Shown in pieces: positions 1 through 10,362 of a DNA stretch of 64,000 nucleotides. The position numbers were made by a program, and so were the translations under genes. The DNA comes from Minisyncoccota bacterium. GTDB lineage: Bacteria > Patescibacteriota > Microgenomatia > UBA1400 > UBA12028. The stretch is from the NCBI GenBank assembly GCA_016211945.1, contig JACRHV010000003.1, forward strand, positions 5,631 through 69,630, in the 5' to 3' direction. Numbering within the stretch: position 1 is the stretch's first letter; every line of letters starts with the position of its first letter. Below the pieces are notes generated by a model. That model was not told the DNA's origin and did not search any database. It worked only from the letters and a program-made list of their open reading frames with translations.

Positions 1-1722
1 ATTATTATCACCGAGCTTCCGTACCAAGTGAACAAAGCAAAACTCGTGGCGAAAATTGCACAACTTGTTCGGGATAAAAAGATTATTGGTATTAGTGATC
101 TCCGTGACGAGTCGGACCGCGAGGGACTTCGCGTTGTCGTTGATCTCAAGAAAGATGCCAAACCGAAGGCAGTCCTCAATAACCTCTACAAATACACTGA
201 ACTCCAAACAAGTTTCCCGATGAACATGGTTGCGCTTAACTCGGAAGGTACCCCACAACTCATGAATATCAAGACCATCTTGGTCGAGTATCTCAAACAT
301 CGTCAAGTTGTTGTTGTCCGCCGGTCCCAGTTCGAGTTGAAGGCCGCTCGCGATCGCGCGCACATTTTAGAAGGCCTTCTTATCGCACTCAACCACCTTG
401 ATGATGTGATCGAGACCATTCGCAAATCACCAGACAGCGACACCGCAAGAACTCGCTTAATGGAGAAGTTCAAACTTTCTGAAATTCAAGCAACCGCAAT
501 CTTGGATATGCAGCTTCGTCGCCTCGCCGCACTTGAACGACAAAAAATTGAGGACGAATACAAGGCCATCAAACAAACAATTAAAGATCTCTGCACACTT
601 CTCTCGCATCCCAATAAAGTGCTTGAGGTTATTGTAAAAGAGGGGAAAGAGGTGATGGCACAGTTTGGTGATGAGCGACGCACAAAACTGCACAAAGGAA
701 AGATCGGCGAGTTTAGCGAGGAAGACTTGATTGCAAATGAGCCGACCATCATTACCGTCACTGAAACTGGATATATTAAGCGGATGAATCCGTCTGTTTA
801 TCGAACCCAACACCGCGGTGGCGTTGGTGTTACCGGTATGACCACCAAAGAGGAGGATACCGTAAAACTCATGCTTACCGCAACAACACATGATGGCCTC
901 TTACTGTTCACTAATAAAGGGCGCGTCTTCAAGTTGAAGGCTCATGAGTTGCCGGAAAGCGGACGGCAAGCAAAGGGAACAAGCATAGTGAACTTGATCA
1001 ATTTGCAAGGTGACGAACGACTGCAAACACTCCTCGCAATGAACGACAAAGAGGTTGAAGGAAAATTCATTGCCTTGGCAACCAAAAATGGATTAGTGAA
1101 AAAGACAAAACTTTCTGATTATCAAAACATTCGCACCAACGGCATTATTGCAATTATCTTGAAAGATGCGGATGAGTTGGTCTGGGGTAAGATCACGTCT
1201 GGCAAAGATCACATGATGTTGATTACCTTTGAGGGAAAGTCCATTCGATTCCCAGAGGATGAAATCAAGGTAACCGCCCGGGACACTCAGGGGGTCCGCG
1301 CGATCATGCTTCGCGACGAGGATTATGTTGTGGGTGTTGAGGTTTTCCCAGAGAAATTTGATGATCCTGAGGATAAACGACGCAAACTCTTCCACCACCT
1401 CCTCCTCGTGACTGAGAAGGGGATGGGAAAACGGACAGAGTTGGACGAGTACCCACTGCAAAAACGCGCGGGGCAAGGCGTGAAAGTGGCCGAGCTCACT
1501 GATAAGACCGGGAATGTTGCCGGCGCCATGATGGTGGATACCACAATGGACGAGGTTGTCCTCACAACAAAATCTGCACAAGTGATCAAGCTCCCCATCA
1601 AGAATATTCCAGTTCTGAAACGACCAACGCAAGGCGTGATCTTGATGCGATTTAGCGAGAAAGATGACGCAGTCGTGGCAGTCACGACAACAAAGAAGAC
1701 TGGAGAGGAAACGGATGGGTGA
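1..1722 (+). CDS. gyrA: DNA gyrase subunit A, C-terminal portion (5' end lies outside window)
   Basis: ORF 28..1722 is open to the window edge; GyrA-box-like 'QHRGGVGV'; C-terminal domain repeats typical of GyrA. Confidence 0.8.
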   Translation: MIITELPYQVNKAKLVAKIAQLVRDKKIIGISDLRDESDREGLRVVVDLKKDAKPKAVLNNLYKYTELQTSFPMNMVALNSEGTPQLMNIKTILVEYLKHRQVVVVRRSQFELKAARDRAHILEGLLIALNHLDDVIETIRKSPDSDTARTRLMEKFKLSEIQATAILDMQLRRLAALERQKIEDEYKAIKQTIKDLCTLLSHPNKVLEVIVKEGKEVMAQFGDERRTKLHKGKIGEFSEEDLIANEPTIITVTETGYIKRMNPSVYRTQHRGGVGVTGMTTKEEDTVKLMLTATTHDGLLLFTNKGRVFKLKAHELPESGRQAKGTSIVNLINLQGDERLQTLLAMNDKEVEGKFIALATKNGLVKKTKLSDYQNIRTNGIIAIILKDADELVWGKITSGKDHMMLITFEGKSIRFPEDEIKVTARDTQGVRAIMLRDEDYVVGVEVFPEKFDDPEDKRRKLFHHLLLVTEKGMGKRTELDEYPLQKRAGQGVKVAELTDKTGNVAGAMMVDTTMDEVVLTTKSAQVIKLPIKNIPVLKRPTQGVILMRFSEKDDAVVAVTTTKKTGEETDG

Positions 1723-1990
1723 GGTAACAAAGAAAAACGCTCCGGAACTTTTTCAAAAAAAGTTTGGCGTCCCCGAACTGAAAGGCATCATTCTCGATGT
1801 GGGAGATTATGAAAGAAAAATTGATCTTCAAAATCTTACGATGGAGCAATTAAGAGCATTGAATGAACTCGACCAAAATGACCACACACACGGAAGACCT
1901 TTTGATAATGAAGATGGATACCTCAGAATTAATGTGTTATACAATGAAACGTTTGGTTTCAACCAGGACGGTGAAGAAATAGGATATTAG
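1715..1990 (+). CDS. hypothetical protein (92 aa)
   Basis: ATG at 1715 preceded by GGAGAGGAAA RBS; overlaps gyrA stop; no recognisable domain. Confidence 0.4.
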   Translation: MGEVTKKNAPELFQKKFGVPELKGIILDVGDYERKIDLQNLTMEQLRALNELDQNDHTHGRPFDNEDGYLRINVLYNETFGFNQDGEEIGY

Positions 1991-2001
1991 GTGCAAAATC
2001 G

Positions 2002-2259
2002 ATGGCAAGTCTCTCTCGAACAGAATTAATCCGACTTATAGAAAACATTCACTTTGGAGGGAATAAAACTTTCGAGGATATTGTTGTTGCGGGTCAGTTG
2101 CATGAACTGGAAAAACTTTCCTTACAACATCTTGTTGCAATTAAGAGATTGCCAACATCTCGAGCTTATACTACAAATGGCGGAAAACTTATTATTGATA
2201 AAGAATTTTATCTCGATGTGTTGTTTACTGAAGCCGGTAATCGAATGGATGGAAAATGA
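2002..2259 (+). CDS. hypothetical protein (85 aa)
   Basis: ORF track; no recognisable motif. Confidence 0.35.
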   Translation: MASLSRTELIRLIENIHFGGNKTFEDIVVAGQLHELEKLSLQHLVAIKRLPTSRAYTTNGGKLIIDKEFYLDVLFTEAGNRMDGK

Positions 2260-2318
2260 TGGGTAACATAACAATCCATTTGGTATACTAAATCTGAGTC
2301 AATACTCAAGGAGGTCTC

Positions 2319-3089
2319 ATGCAACCAACACGTCCACTTCTTCTTTCAGTTCTAATGATTGCACTTGGTATTTCGCTTGGGGTTCTTGGCGTCACAGTCC
2401 TCAGTAAATACGTCGGTCCTCTTCCACTTTCCATTACACAAACCACCACACAAAAGCAGTCCACTTTTGACGTCACTGGCGAGAGTAAAGTAACAACAAT
2501 ACCAGACAAGGCCATGGTTAATCTCGGAATAACCATACAAGAGCAAACCGTAAAGCTCGCGCAAGACAAAGCAAACACTGTTATAAACAATATAAACGCC
2601 GAACTTGGAAAACTTGGTATACAAAAAAAGGATATCCGAACGGAAAATTACAGCCTTTATCCCACGTATGATTATCGCGAAGGCCAAAAAATTACCGGAT
2701 ATAACGTGAATGCGAGTATTAGCGTCAGTCTCACCGATTTTTCAATATTAAATCAAGCGATTGACGCCGCAACGAAAGTCGGTGCCAATCAGGTTGGGGG
2801 TATCTCGTTCACACTTTCCGATGAAAAGAAAAAGGAAGTAGAGAATGATGCACGGAAACAAGCCATCGATGACGCAAAGACAAAAGCACAGACTTTATCG
2901 CAACTCGCTGGAATGCGCTTAGGAAAAATAGTCAATGTTTCAGAGCAGCCAAACTACAATGGTGGTCCGTATCCTGTGGCCATGATGGAAAAAGCAGGCG
3001 GGGGAATGGGCGGTGGTGCTCCAACTACCGTTGAACCCGGATCAACAACCTTTAATTATTCCGTCACAATTAGTTACGAAACGTTCTAG
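2319..3089 (+). CDS. SIMPL/DUF541 (YggE-like) periplasmic protein with N-terminal TM anchor
   Basis: N-terminal hydrophobic helix, Gly-rich C-terminus; overall resemblance to 26 kDa periplasmic immunogenic protein / SIMPL family (recognised from memory, not searched). Confidence 0.55.
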   Translation: MQPTRPLLLSVLMIALGISLGVLGVTVLSKYVGPLPLSITQTTTQKQSTFDVTGESKVTTIPDKAMVNLGITIQEQTVKLAQDKANTVINNINAELGKLGIQKKDIRTENYSLYPTYDYREGQKITGYNVNASISVSLTDFSILNQAIDAATKVGANQVGGISFTLSDEKKKEVENDARKQAIDDAKTKAQTLSQLAGMRLGKIVNVSEQPNYNGGPYPVAMMEKAGGGMGGGAPTTVEPGSTTFNYSVTISYETF

Positions 3090-3143
3090 TGATCTCGTTT
3101 GATTCTTTTTGTCATCTTGCACGATTATTTGTTCTATGGTTAG

Positions 3144-3584
3144 ATGACGATCCTCATGTACGCAGTAACGCATTTAAATACTCCACTTACAGAGGAACGA
3201 TTTATTGTTCTTCTCAACATCATCATCGACAAAAAATTCGATGAGCAATTAAATGTGCTTGAAAAACGATTGGATACTGTTGAAAAGCGACTCGATACTA
3301 TTGAAAAGCGGCTAGATACTATTGAAAAACACACAGGAATTCTTGAGGAAAAAATAGGTATTCTTGAAAAACAATCCCTCGAACACTCCAACGTATTTAC
3401 TTCTGTGTATGAAGCGCTTCACACACTTACAACGCTTATCGACAATCATCACCAAATACATAAAACACAGATACAAAAACTCGATAAGAAATTGAGTCAG
3501 TTTATACAAACATCTCCATCAAGAAAAGAATATGATTCACTCACGTTTCGCGTTGATTATCTCGAGGAACGCGTCCTAAACTGA
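3144..3584 (+). CDS. coiled-coil hypothetical protein with internal 7-aa tandem repeats
   Basis: LEKRLDT(V/I)EKRLDTIEKRLDTIEK repeat encoded by 21-bp tandem DNA repeats. Confidence 0.4.
   Translation: MTILMYAVTHLNTPLTEERFIVLLNIIIDKKFDEQLNVLEKRLDTVEKRLDTIEKRLDTIEKHTGILEEKIGILEKQSLEHSNVFTSVYEALHTLTTLIDNHHQIHKTQIQKLDKKLSQFIQTSPSRKEYDSLTFRVDYLEERVLN
3257..3319 (+). repeat. 3 x 21-bp in-frame tandem repeat (gaaaa[ag]cg[ag]ct[ac]gatact[ga]tt)
   Basis: Directly visible in sequence 3257-3319. Confidence 0.8.
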
Positions 3585-3596
3585 TATACTTATGCA

Positions 3597-5282
3597 ATGC
3601 GTTACTTCGTTTGCGTTGTATTTTTTTTCATCTTCTTTTATGCATCATCTCGTCTCCTTGCATTCACCATCGCCTCAGATCCACAGTATCTCGTCATGAA
3701 TTTTTCCGAGATCAATGAACTCAACTGGGCAGCTCCGGAACCACAATGGCAAACAGAAATTAAACCAAAAATACTCGACCAGCTTCACCAACTCCAACGT
3801 ACACTTCCACCCGGAACTTCACAAAGAAAATTGGCGTGGAGTACGCTCCAAGAATATATGAATGTTCCGCTTGACATCCCAAGTGAAACATCGTCGTATG
3901 TCATAAAAATGCGACGTATCCTGGAAATTGCAGAACAAGAAAACCTTCCAGTCTTCCTTCCACTCAACGGTTTTCAATGGTGGGACGAGTTGCCGGAGTT
4001 GTACAACTGGTGGGACCCCGACGGCACTCATACCCCCATAGTTTTCTTTACACGCCAACGTACACCAGACTTTAAAGACCGATTTATCCGCGGCTACAAT
4101 CCGGAAAACAAATGGAATGTTGAGTGGCAGTCACCAACACAACCCATGACGCTTAACTGGCGGAATTGGGGTGGGGGAGGGTTTCGACTTGCACCACCCC
4201 CCAACCTCTTCCCACATTCCCGCACAGCTCTCACCTATAGAAAAGTCCAAAAAGAGCGTTTTATCGCACTTATTACCGAACTTTCAAGCATTATAAACAG
4301 ATGGGAAAAAGAAGGAAGGGGTGATCTTTTTGCAGGTATAACCATTGGCACAGAAGTCTCATTGAACGCCTCCGTCACACCAAAAGACGAGTTTGAGCCG
4401 TACGGATTCCGATCCACACAAGATCTTCTTTGTTCCAAAGACAAACCAACATGCGCCATACCACCGGCACAACTCAGCCAGGCACGACAAAAAATAGTGT
4501 ACCGATATCTTCAAGATCTCGCACGAACCGCCACCCTTCTTGGCATTCCAAAACAGCGCATTTATACACACGTGTGGGGTGAAGTAAAACAGGGCGAGCC
4601 TAAATTTGAGAACTACGCACAGTCCGCATTCAATCCATATGCTCGACCAGGTATGAGTTTTTACGGATATGCAGAAGACCCATTTTCACTTCCCGTATGG
4701 AAAAACGAGATGGAACAACACGGCAATCCATCTTGGGGAGCAGTCGAATACTCCGCAGAAAAAACAGAACGTGTGTGGCAAAAAGGACTCACAAATATCT
4801 TTAACCCACCATCAACACCACCAGCAAAAATCGTCACCATCTATAACTGGACAGAGCACAAAGATACACCCGCGATAAAAGCAATCGCCACCATACTTCA
4901 AGACTATACTCCTCCCACGCAATGTTCTATTCCAGAAATTCTTCCCGAAACACAAAATTATTCCATCACTCAAACATTTTCATGGAATTACTTTCCAACA
5001 GAATCACTCGTACGTTTTTCGCCAACATTAGAATTCATCACAAGTCCCGGTCTTTTCCCAATTCCTCAAGAAAGCAATGTAAAAGAACTCGATGTGTTGA
5101 GCAAAAATACCACGATGTTTGATATAAAACCCGGCGTATATACCATCTCACTCAAGCTCACTGGCTGTGGTGGAAAACGTGTCAGCATATCAGAACCAAG
5201 AACGATCGTGATCCCTGTCCAACTCCCGCAAAATGATACGCCAGCGTGGGTACGATTCATCCTAGAACACAATGCTACGTAG
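3597..5282 (+). CDS. large secreted/membrane-anchored hypothetical protein (561 aa)
   Basis: N-terminal hydrophobic segment (FFFIFFYASSRLLAF); Trp/Pro-rich; no recognisable catalytic motif. Confidence 0.5.
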   Translation: MRYFVCVVFFFIFFYASSRLLAFTIASDPQYLVMNFSEINELNWAAPEPQWQTEIKPKILDQLHQLQRTLPPGTSQRKLAWSTLQEYMNVPLDIPSETSSYVIKMRRILEIAEQENLPVFLPLNGFQWWDELPELYNWWDPDGTHTPIVFFTRQRTPDFKDRFIRGYNPENKWNVEWQSPTQPMTLNWRNWGGGGFRLAPPPNLFPHSRTALTYRKVQKERFIALITELSSIINRWEKEGRGDLFAGITIGTEVSLNASVTPKDEFEPYGFRSTQDLLCSKDKPTCAIPPAQLSQARQKIVYRYLQDLARTATLLGIPKQRIYTHVWGEVKQGEPKFENYAQSAFNPYARPGMSFYGYAEDPFSLPVWKNEMEQHGNPSWGAVEYSAEKTERVWQKGLTNIFNPPSTPPAKIVTIYNWTEHKDTPAIKAIATILQDYTPPTQCSIPEILPETQNYSITQTFSWNYFPTESLVRFSPTLEFITSPGLFPIPQESNVKELDVLSKNTTMFDIKPGVYTISLKLTGCGGKRVSISEPRTIVIPVQLPQNDTPAWVRFILEHNAT

Positions 5283-5856
5283 CGTGATGTATAGCGCGCC
5301 ATTCCTCTTCAACATCTTGCCAAGGAAAAACAATACAGTCGTTCGTTATTCCCTTTTTTTCTGCTTCAGATCGGGATATCATTCGCCGTTCATTTCCTAA
5401 AACCCCATAAAAAGTTTGATCGGCATTGGGTAGTGGGAAAAGGGATTGATCGAGGTACGCCGTGGCAAAAGAAATTAAAGCCAGTGGAAATAATCGTCGT
5501 ACATCAGATATGACTTGGTTTGCCGTTGTTCCGGTAACGGTGTTTGTATCAACAACGAGAATATGACTTTTTTCTGGGAGTTCTATTTTGAGTGTTGGTG
5601 GTTCACAAATCTTCTTCAGGCCACGTTCTTCCTCATACTTGTATTGAAAAGGAAGCATTACGACGACATGCAGTTTTGATGCAAGATGCATGCCTGTTAT
5701 CGCGCCGCTTCTCAGTATTGGAACAACGAGATCAAATGATACTTCATGCTCGAGACAGTATGTTGATACGTTATCCGTTAGTACACGCAACACCTCGCCG
5801 AACTCGTCATACGTGATCTGGCGCAACTCATTTTTTTGTATCGTCTTTCCCATCAC
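5275..5856 (-). CDS. phosphoribosyltransferase-domain protein
   Basis: PRPP-binding motif 'HILVVDTNTVTGTTA'. Confidence 0.5.
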   Translation of the reverse strand: MMGKTIQKNELRQITYDEFGEVLRVLTDNVSTYCLEHEVSFDLVVPILRSGAITGMHLASKLHVVVMLPFQYKYEEERGLKKICEPPTLKIELPEKSHILVVDTNTVTGTTANQVISDVRRLFPLALISFATAYLDQSLFPLPNADQTFYGVLGNERRMISRSEAEKKGITNDCIVFPWQDVEEEWRAIHHAT

Positions 5857-6794
5857 TCCTCCTTCTTCCCACCATGGAACTTCTCATGCACCTTTCGCAG
5901 TTCTGGCCGTGTAATATGTGTATAAATCTGTGTCGTTGAAATATTTTTATGCCCCAGCATTTCTTGAACATCGCGCAGTCCCGCGCCGTTGATTAATAAA
6001 TCCGTTGCAAATGAGTGTCGTATCCCATGTGGTGAAATTTTAATCGGAAGATGCGCCTTGCGGCAGTACTTATCCACAATCCGCTGGACCGATCTCGTCG
6101 TTAGCCGCATCTCCTCGCCATCACTCGTCGCATCAGCCTTATTGCGACTGTATCGAATAAATACTGGCCGCCAAAAATCGTCGCGGCCATTCAGATATTT
6201 ATCGAGCCACTCCGCAGATTTTTCACTCAAAAACACCACGCGATGCTTCCGACCTTTTCCGATCACCCCAAACTCCCGCCGCTGTGTGTCCACCTGCTCA
6301 CGGTTCAAAGACACCACCTCACTCACACGAAGACCGGTGCTAAACATCAATTCCAGCATCGCCTTGTCCCGTAGGCCTGTTTTCGAGCTTAAGGCCGGTT
6401 GGCCGAGTAAACGCTCGATCTGCTCAAAGTTCAGAAATTTCATAGATCTGGACTCGCCCTTAGGAAGGTCGATTTTCTCCGGAGTGAGCACGGCAACGTC
6501 GTTCTTTATGAGCCATTTGAAGAGTGATCGGAGCGCGATGATGTGATATGCCTGTGTGGTTCTTGATAGGGTACGCTCATCCACACCCATATACTGTGAG
6601 AGATGTACACGATATTTTTTCAGCATCTGCAGATCAAAAAGCGTCATATCCTCGAGTTTTTGAAGATCCAACCACTCGCAAAATCGGTTGAGATAGTGTG
6701 TATAATCACGGATAGTGAGTTTGCTAAGGTTGCGCTCAACGTCGCAATGCTCGAGGAAATCCCTACAAAGTTCACGGGGATGTGTGCTTTTCAT
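5853..6794 (-). CDS. tyrosine-type site-specific recombinase (XerC/XerD-like integrase)
   Basis: C-terminal catalytic region 'HGIRHSFAT...LGHKNISTTQIYTH' (R-H-R-Y signature); 4-bp overlap with upstream PRTase gene. Confidence 0.8.
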   Translation of the reverse strand: MKSTHPRELCRDFLEHCDVERNLSKLTIRDYTHYLNRFCEWLDLQKLEDMTLFDLQMLKKYRVHLSQYMGVDERTLSRTTQAYHIIALRSLFKWLIKNDVAVLTPEKIDLPKGESRSMKFLNFEQIERLLGQPALSSKTGLRDKAMLELMFSTGLRVSEVVSLNREQVDTQRREFGVIGKGRKHRVVFLSEKSAEWLDKYLNGRDDFWRPVFIRYSRNKADATSDGEEMRLTTRSVQRIVDKYCRKAHLPIKISPHGIRHSFATDLLINGAGLRDVQEMLGHKNISTTQIYTHITRPELRKVHEKFHGGKKEE

Positions 6795-8200
6795 CTCAAA
6801 CTTTCCTCCCTCGAGTTATATCCTATAGTTTTTATTCTGCGGAGTTAGCAGTCTCATTATCTGAGTGCTAATACCCGAATATTTAGCAAAGGGTTGATTT
6901 ATCAATCCTTTTTACAGTAGCCCGAATGAAAGAACCATAATCATTTCCAGATGTAGGTGTGTGTATTACATATGCAAGTACATGTTTTATTCCATGCAAC
7001 ACCGTAATCATCCATTTCTATGCATTCTATCTTTCTGCGCTTCAAACAGTGTGACAGAGAATGGGGGATGTGTCAACATTATGCGACATAGTGGTGCGCT
7101 GACAATTACATTATGCGACATAGCGTGAAAAGCAATGAAACAGTAACACACGTCAGCAATGCAACAGCATATGCCACACATACAATTTGTGTTCAATATC
7201 TCTCCCAACTAGTTCGTCCTTCCTTCGTATTATTGCACAGCGTACTGGAATAAATGGGCGATGATGTATGCGGGTATACTTCGGTATTTCTGCAGGATAT
7301 GCGTGAACACCTGAGGTTGACTCGAGTAAGTTATTTCCGCATTCAGCAGTTCTAAAGCATCGTAATTGCGTTAATACTTTTCAAGCACTACGGCTTATGC
7401 TGTGCTGTCATCACGCCATAATGGTCTGTTTTTGGTCATCACAAATCTCGCGTGGAAAAAGAGCATACTCCTGCCCAACATACCTTCATTCCCAGGCTAA
7501 ATACCAGATGTGAAGGCCCTAGAATGCCCGATTTTCGGCAAGAAGGTGAGTCTGCTATACAATGTATCGTCATTTCCAGAGGTACATCCATCATTTTTAA
7601 AAAAAATGCACACAAAGTTTCGGGTTTCTATACAAACGCAAAAACAATGCATCAAAGAAAAAACAGGGAAGTGACAAAATAGGGTAATTGGCCGTAATTC
7701 ACCAAAGAAACAGAATGACAAACAATGCAAGAACGCGCATATGTACAAAAGACGCACTTCTCCGTTGTTCCTTTCATTACGTCGCAAAAGTATTATTGTG
7801 CGACACTATTGAAACAGCTCCACCACCATGAAGAAGAGTGGACCATTCCCATTGAGACCACCCAACTATCAAAACAACATGTATGCTGCTAAATGCCGAT
7901 TCCATCACCCGCTTTTGTGTTCTACGGCTCTTTTCTCTCCTCCTTCAACTTCGCGCCCCCAGAGTGACATTCGGGTTTTTTCCGCACCACACCTTTTATG
8001 AGTTATCCACAATTGCTCATAGATCAATCTTTTTTCTTGTTTCTTATCTTAAGCGGTCTTCCCAACTTTGTGCTACCATTCTTGTGAAAAGTATCCTATA
8101 ATTATGTGAAAAGTGATGATATCAAACTATATCATCCTCTCTAGTACGCAGAGGAAACTCCCCTCCTTCCCCCACTACCCCACACGCATACAAAACGTCA

Positions 8201-8968
8201 TTACTTCCACTGGACTGTGAAGAAAAATGCGGCAAGAATAACAATCCAAACACTTGCATATTCCCAGGCGGTATTTCGGAACAATTTTCCGTGAAGCTGG
8301 CTCACCAGAATACCCAAGGCTGTGTACAACCCCCCCACGATAGAAAGTGAGGCGATCCAGAGTGAGATCGGAAGAAATGAGATAACTATTGCAAGCTCAC
8401 CCGCCAAAACTGCTACTGCGATAGCTTGGTAAAAGATCGATTTATCGATATGATTCTTTAACTCAACAGACCACAATGAGAGCAATGCTTGTGGAAATGT
8501 CGTACAGGCAATCGCAATGCCGTTCGCCCAAAATGGCCAATGAAATGAAAAAACGGTGTTTGAGAAGAAAAATGTGATCAACAGGGTTATCAGAAACCCA
8601 ACTGTGTGTGCAGCTCGAAGTAATTGGATCGTACGAAACTTTGCAACCGCGTAGATATTTGAAGTCAAATAAATCGCGTACATGCCTATACCAAACAGAA
8701 CTAAAACTATAATTTTACTCAAGAGATTTTCTGGAAGAAGAAAATAAAACACAGAAACCGCGGAGGCATACAATGCGGAAAATGGCACGACAGTAATCCA
8801 TTCAATGCCGTTTAATTCCTCAAATAAAGCCCATGCAGAAACAGCGTATGTAACAAAAAACAACAATGCTGTTCCAAGTAATCGATAATCAAGTGGGACG
8901 TACTGTGTGCCCAACAGAGCAAAAGACAACACGAGAGAACTCATAAGAAATTTTTCTCGTTTTCTCAT
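8201..8968 (-). CDS. integral membrane protein, unknown function
   Basis: multiple hydrophobic helices; 4-bp overlap with yebC. Confidence 0.5.
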   Translation of the reverse strand: MRKREKFLMSSLVLSFALLGTQYVPLDYRLLGTALLFFVTYAVSAWALFEELNGIEWITVVPFSALYASAVSVFYFLLPENLLSKIIVLVLFGIGMYAIYLTSNIYAVAKFRTIQLLRAAHTVGFLITLLITFFFSNTVFSFHWPFWANGIAIACTTFPQALLSLWSVELKNHIDKSIFYQAIAVAVLAGELAIVISFLPISLWIASLSIVGGLYTALGILVSQLHGKLFRNTAWEYASVWIVILAAFFFTVQWK

Positions 8969-9516
8969 ACCAACATTACGGCATTCATGTATACCGCCTC
9001 CACATCCTCATGTTCTTCAAGGAGATCAAAAAGATCTTGTACTGCTTCTGCGTGTTCGGGATTGGTGATCTCAAGTGGAATCGCAACAGCATACTCATTT
9101 CCTTCTCGAGTAAAAAGATACATGACCGACCCTGGTCCCCCCAATGATCCCCCGTTTTTTTCTATGATATTCCGAATCTCCGCGCCCGTCCGTTGTCTGT
9201 TGTCGGTGTGCACGACGATGAGAAAACCAACGCCACTGTGAGCGTACGCCTCGTACACCACCTCCTCAAACTTACCAGATCCCCCTTTACCCAATCCCCT
9301 CTCTATAGCACGCTGGATATGGTCATTCGACATGTTTGCCTCACGCGCTTTCTCGATAGCAAGACGCAATGTTGGGTTGGAGGAAGGATCGCCACTACCA
9401 TATTCTCTCACAGCAGTCCGAATATTTTTCGATATTTGAGTAAATACTTTACTCCGCTTAGCATCAGCGGAGGCTTTCTTGTTTTTGATGTTGTTCCACT
9501 TTGAATGACCGGACAC
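8965..9516 (-). CDS. yebC: YebC/PmpR-family transcriptional regulator (short form)
   Basis: N-terminus 'MSGHSKWNNIKNKK' matches YebC 'AGHSKWANIKH' signature. Confidence 0.85.
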   Translation of the reverse strand: MSGHSKWNNIKNKKASADAKRSKVFTQISKNIRTAVREYGSGDPSSNPTLRLAIEKAREANMSNDHIQRAIERGLGKGGSGKFEEVVYEAYAHSGVGFLIVVHTDNRQRTGAEIRNIIEKNGGSLGGPGSVMYLFTREGNEYAVAIPLEITNPEHAEAVQDLFDLLEEHEDVEAVYMNAVMLV

Positions 9517-9621
9517 ATGCCTCCTTTTTGATGTCGCAAAAAACTCGAGACAATCCTATTGTACCACTGTCAGCTTGGTCTCTTGATGTTTCGTTGAAGT
9601 TCTGTTACTCTTTGTGGAATC

Positions 9622-10362
9622 ATGAACACAGCACATATTCTTCAAGAGCAGGCAATCGCAGCGGCAGAGAAACAGAAATGGGATGACGCGGTTGAGGCAA
9701 ACTCCAAAATACTCGAGATAGAATCGACAAATATTTCCGCCATGAATAGGCTGGGATTCTGTTACCTCCAAAAGGGAGACAGGGCTAAAGCAAAGAAAAC
9801 ATACCAACGGGTTCTTGAAGTTGATCAATACAACGGCATTGCCAAAAAATACCTTACCCTACTCGCAAACAGTAAGGGAGTCATTCCCACGGCCATGGGT
9901 TCATTCCATGAAAATTTTATTGAAGAACCGGGGAAAACGAAGACCATCGCGTTATGTAGACTTGCCGATCCCTCGATACTTTCCGTGATGCCCGTTGCCA
10001 CGTCATGTAGACTTACCGTGAAACAGCACTGGATTGCGGTTGAGACGGACCGCGGAGCGTATCTTGGTTCTCTTCCAGATGACCTCTCGCACACATTATC
10101 GAAATTGATCAAGGGTGGAAATACATATAAAACCGTGATAAAAGCTGCGTCAAAAACTTCCTGTATAGTATTTATTAAAGAAGTCTCCCGATCGAAAAAA
10201 CAAGCGCACTTGAACTCGTTCCCCTCATTGTTGAATGCAAGAACTTCAGGAATTCATGAGGAGCTCCTCTTGGATAGTTCACCAGTTGACGTCTCGGAAA
10301 CCGGTCATGAACGCGAGATTGCAGACGATTTTGTTGATGATTTTACCGAAGACGCTTCGTAA
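9622..10362 (+). CDS. TPR-repeat protein
   Basis: TPR-like repeats (AAAEKQKWDDAVEANSKILE...GFCYLQKGDRAKAKKTYQRVLEVD). Confidence 0.5.
   Translation: MNTAHILQEQAIAAAEKQKWDDAVEANSKILEIESTNISAMNRLGFCYLQKGDRAKAKKTYQRVLEVDQYNGIAKKYLTLLANSKGVIPTAMGSFHENFIEEPGKTKTIALCRLADPSILSVMPVATSCRLTVKQHWIAVETDRGAYLGSLPDDLSHTLSKLIKGGNTYKTVIKAASKTSCIVFIKEVSRSKKQAHLNSFPSLLNARTSGIHEELLLDSSPVDVSETGHEREIADDFVDDFTEDAS

Noticed and set aside
457-1730. Antisense ORFs inside gyrA (457..891, 486..761, 1093..1632, 1323..1730, all minus strand)
   Set aside because: They are fully embedded antisense to a highly conserved gene and have no motifs, which is typical of shadow ORFs. Similar shadow ORFs inside murD, dnaB, dnaX, cysS, proS and others were likewise ignored.
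7076-7124. Possible CRISPR-like repeats (ACATTATGCGACATAG twice)
   Set aside because: Only two copies, 33 bp apart, no regular spacer array and no cas genes nearby. Treated as a simple direct repeat in the non-coding tract.
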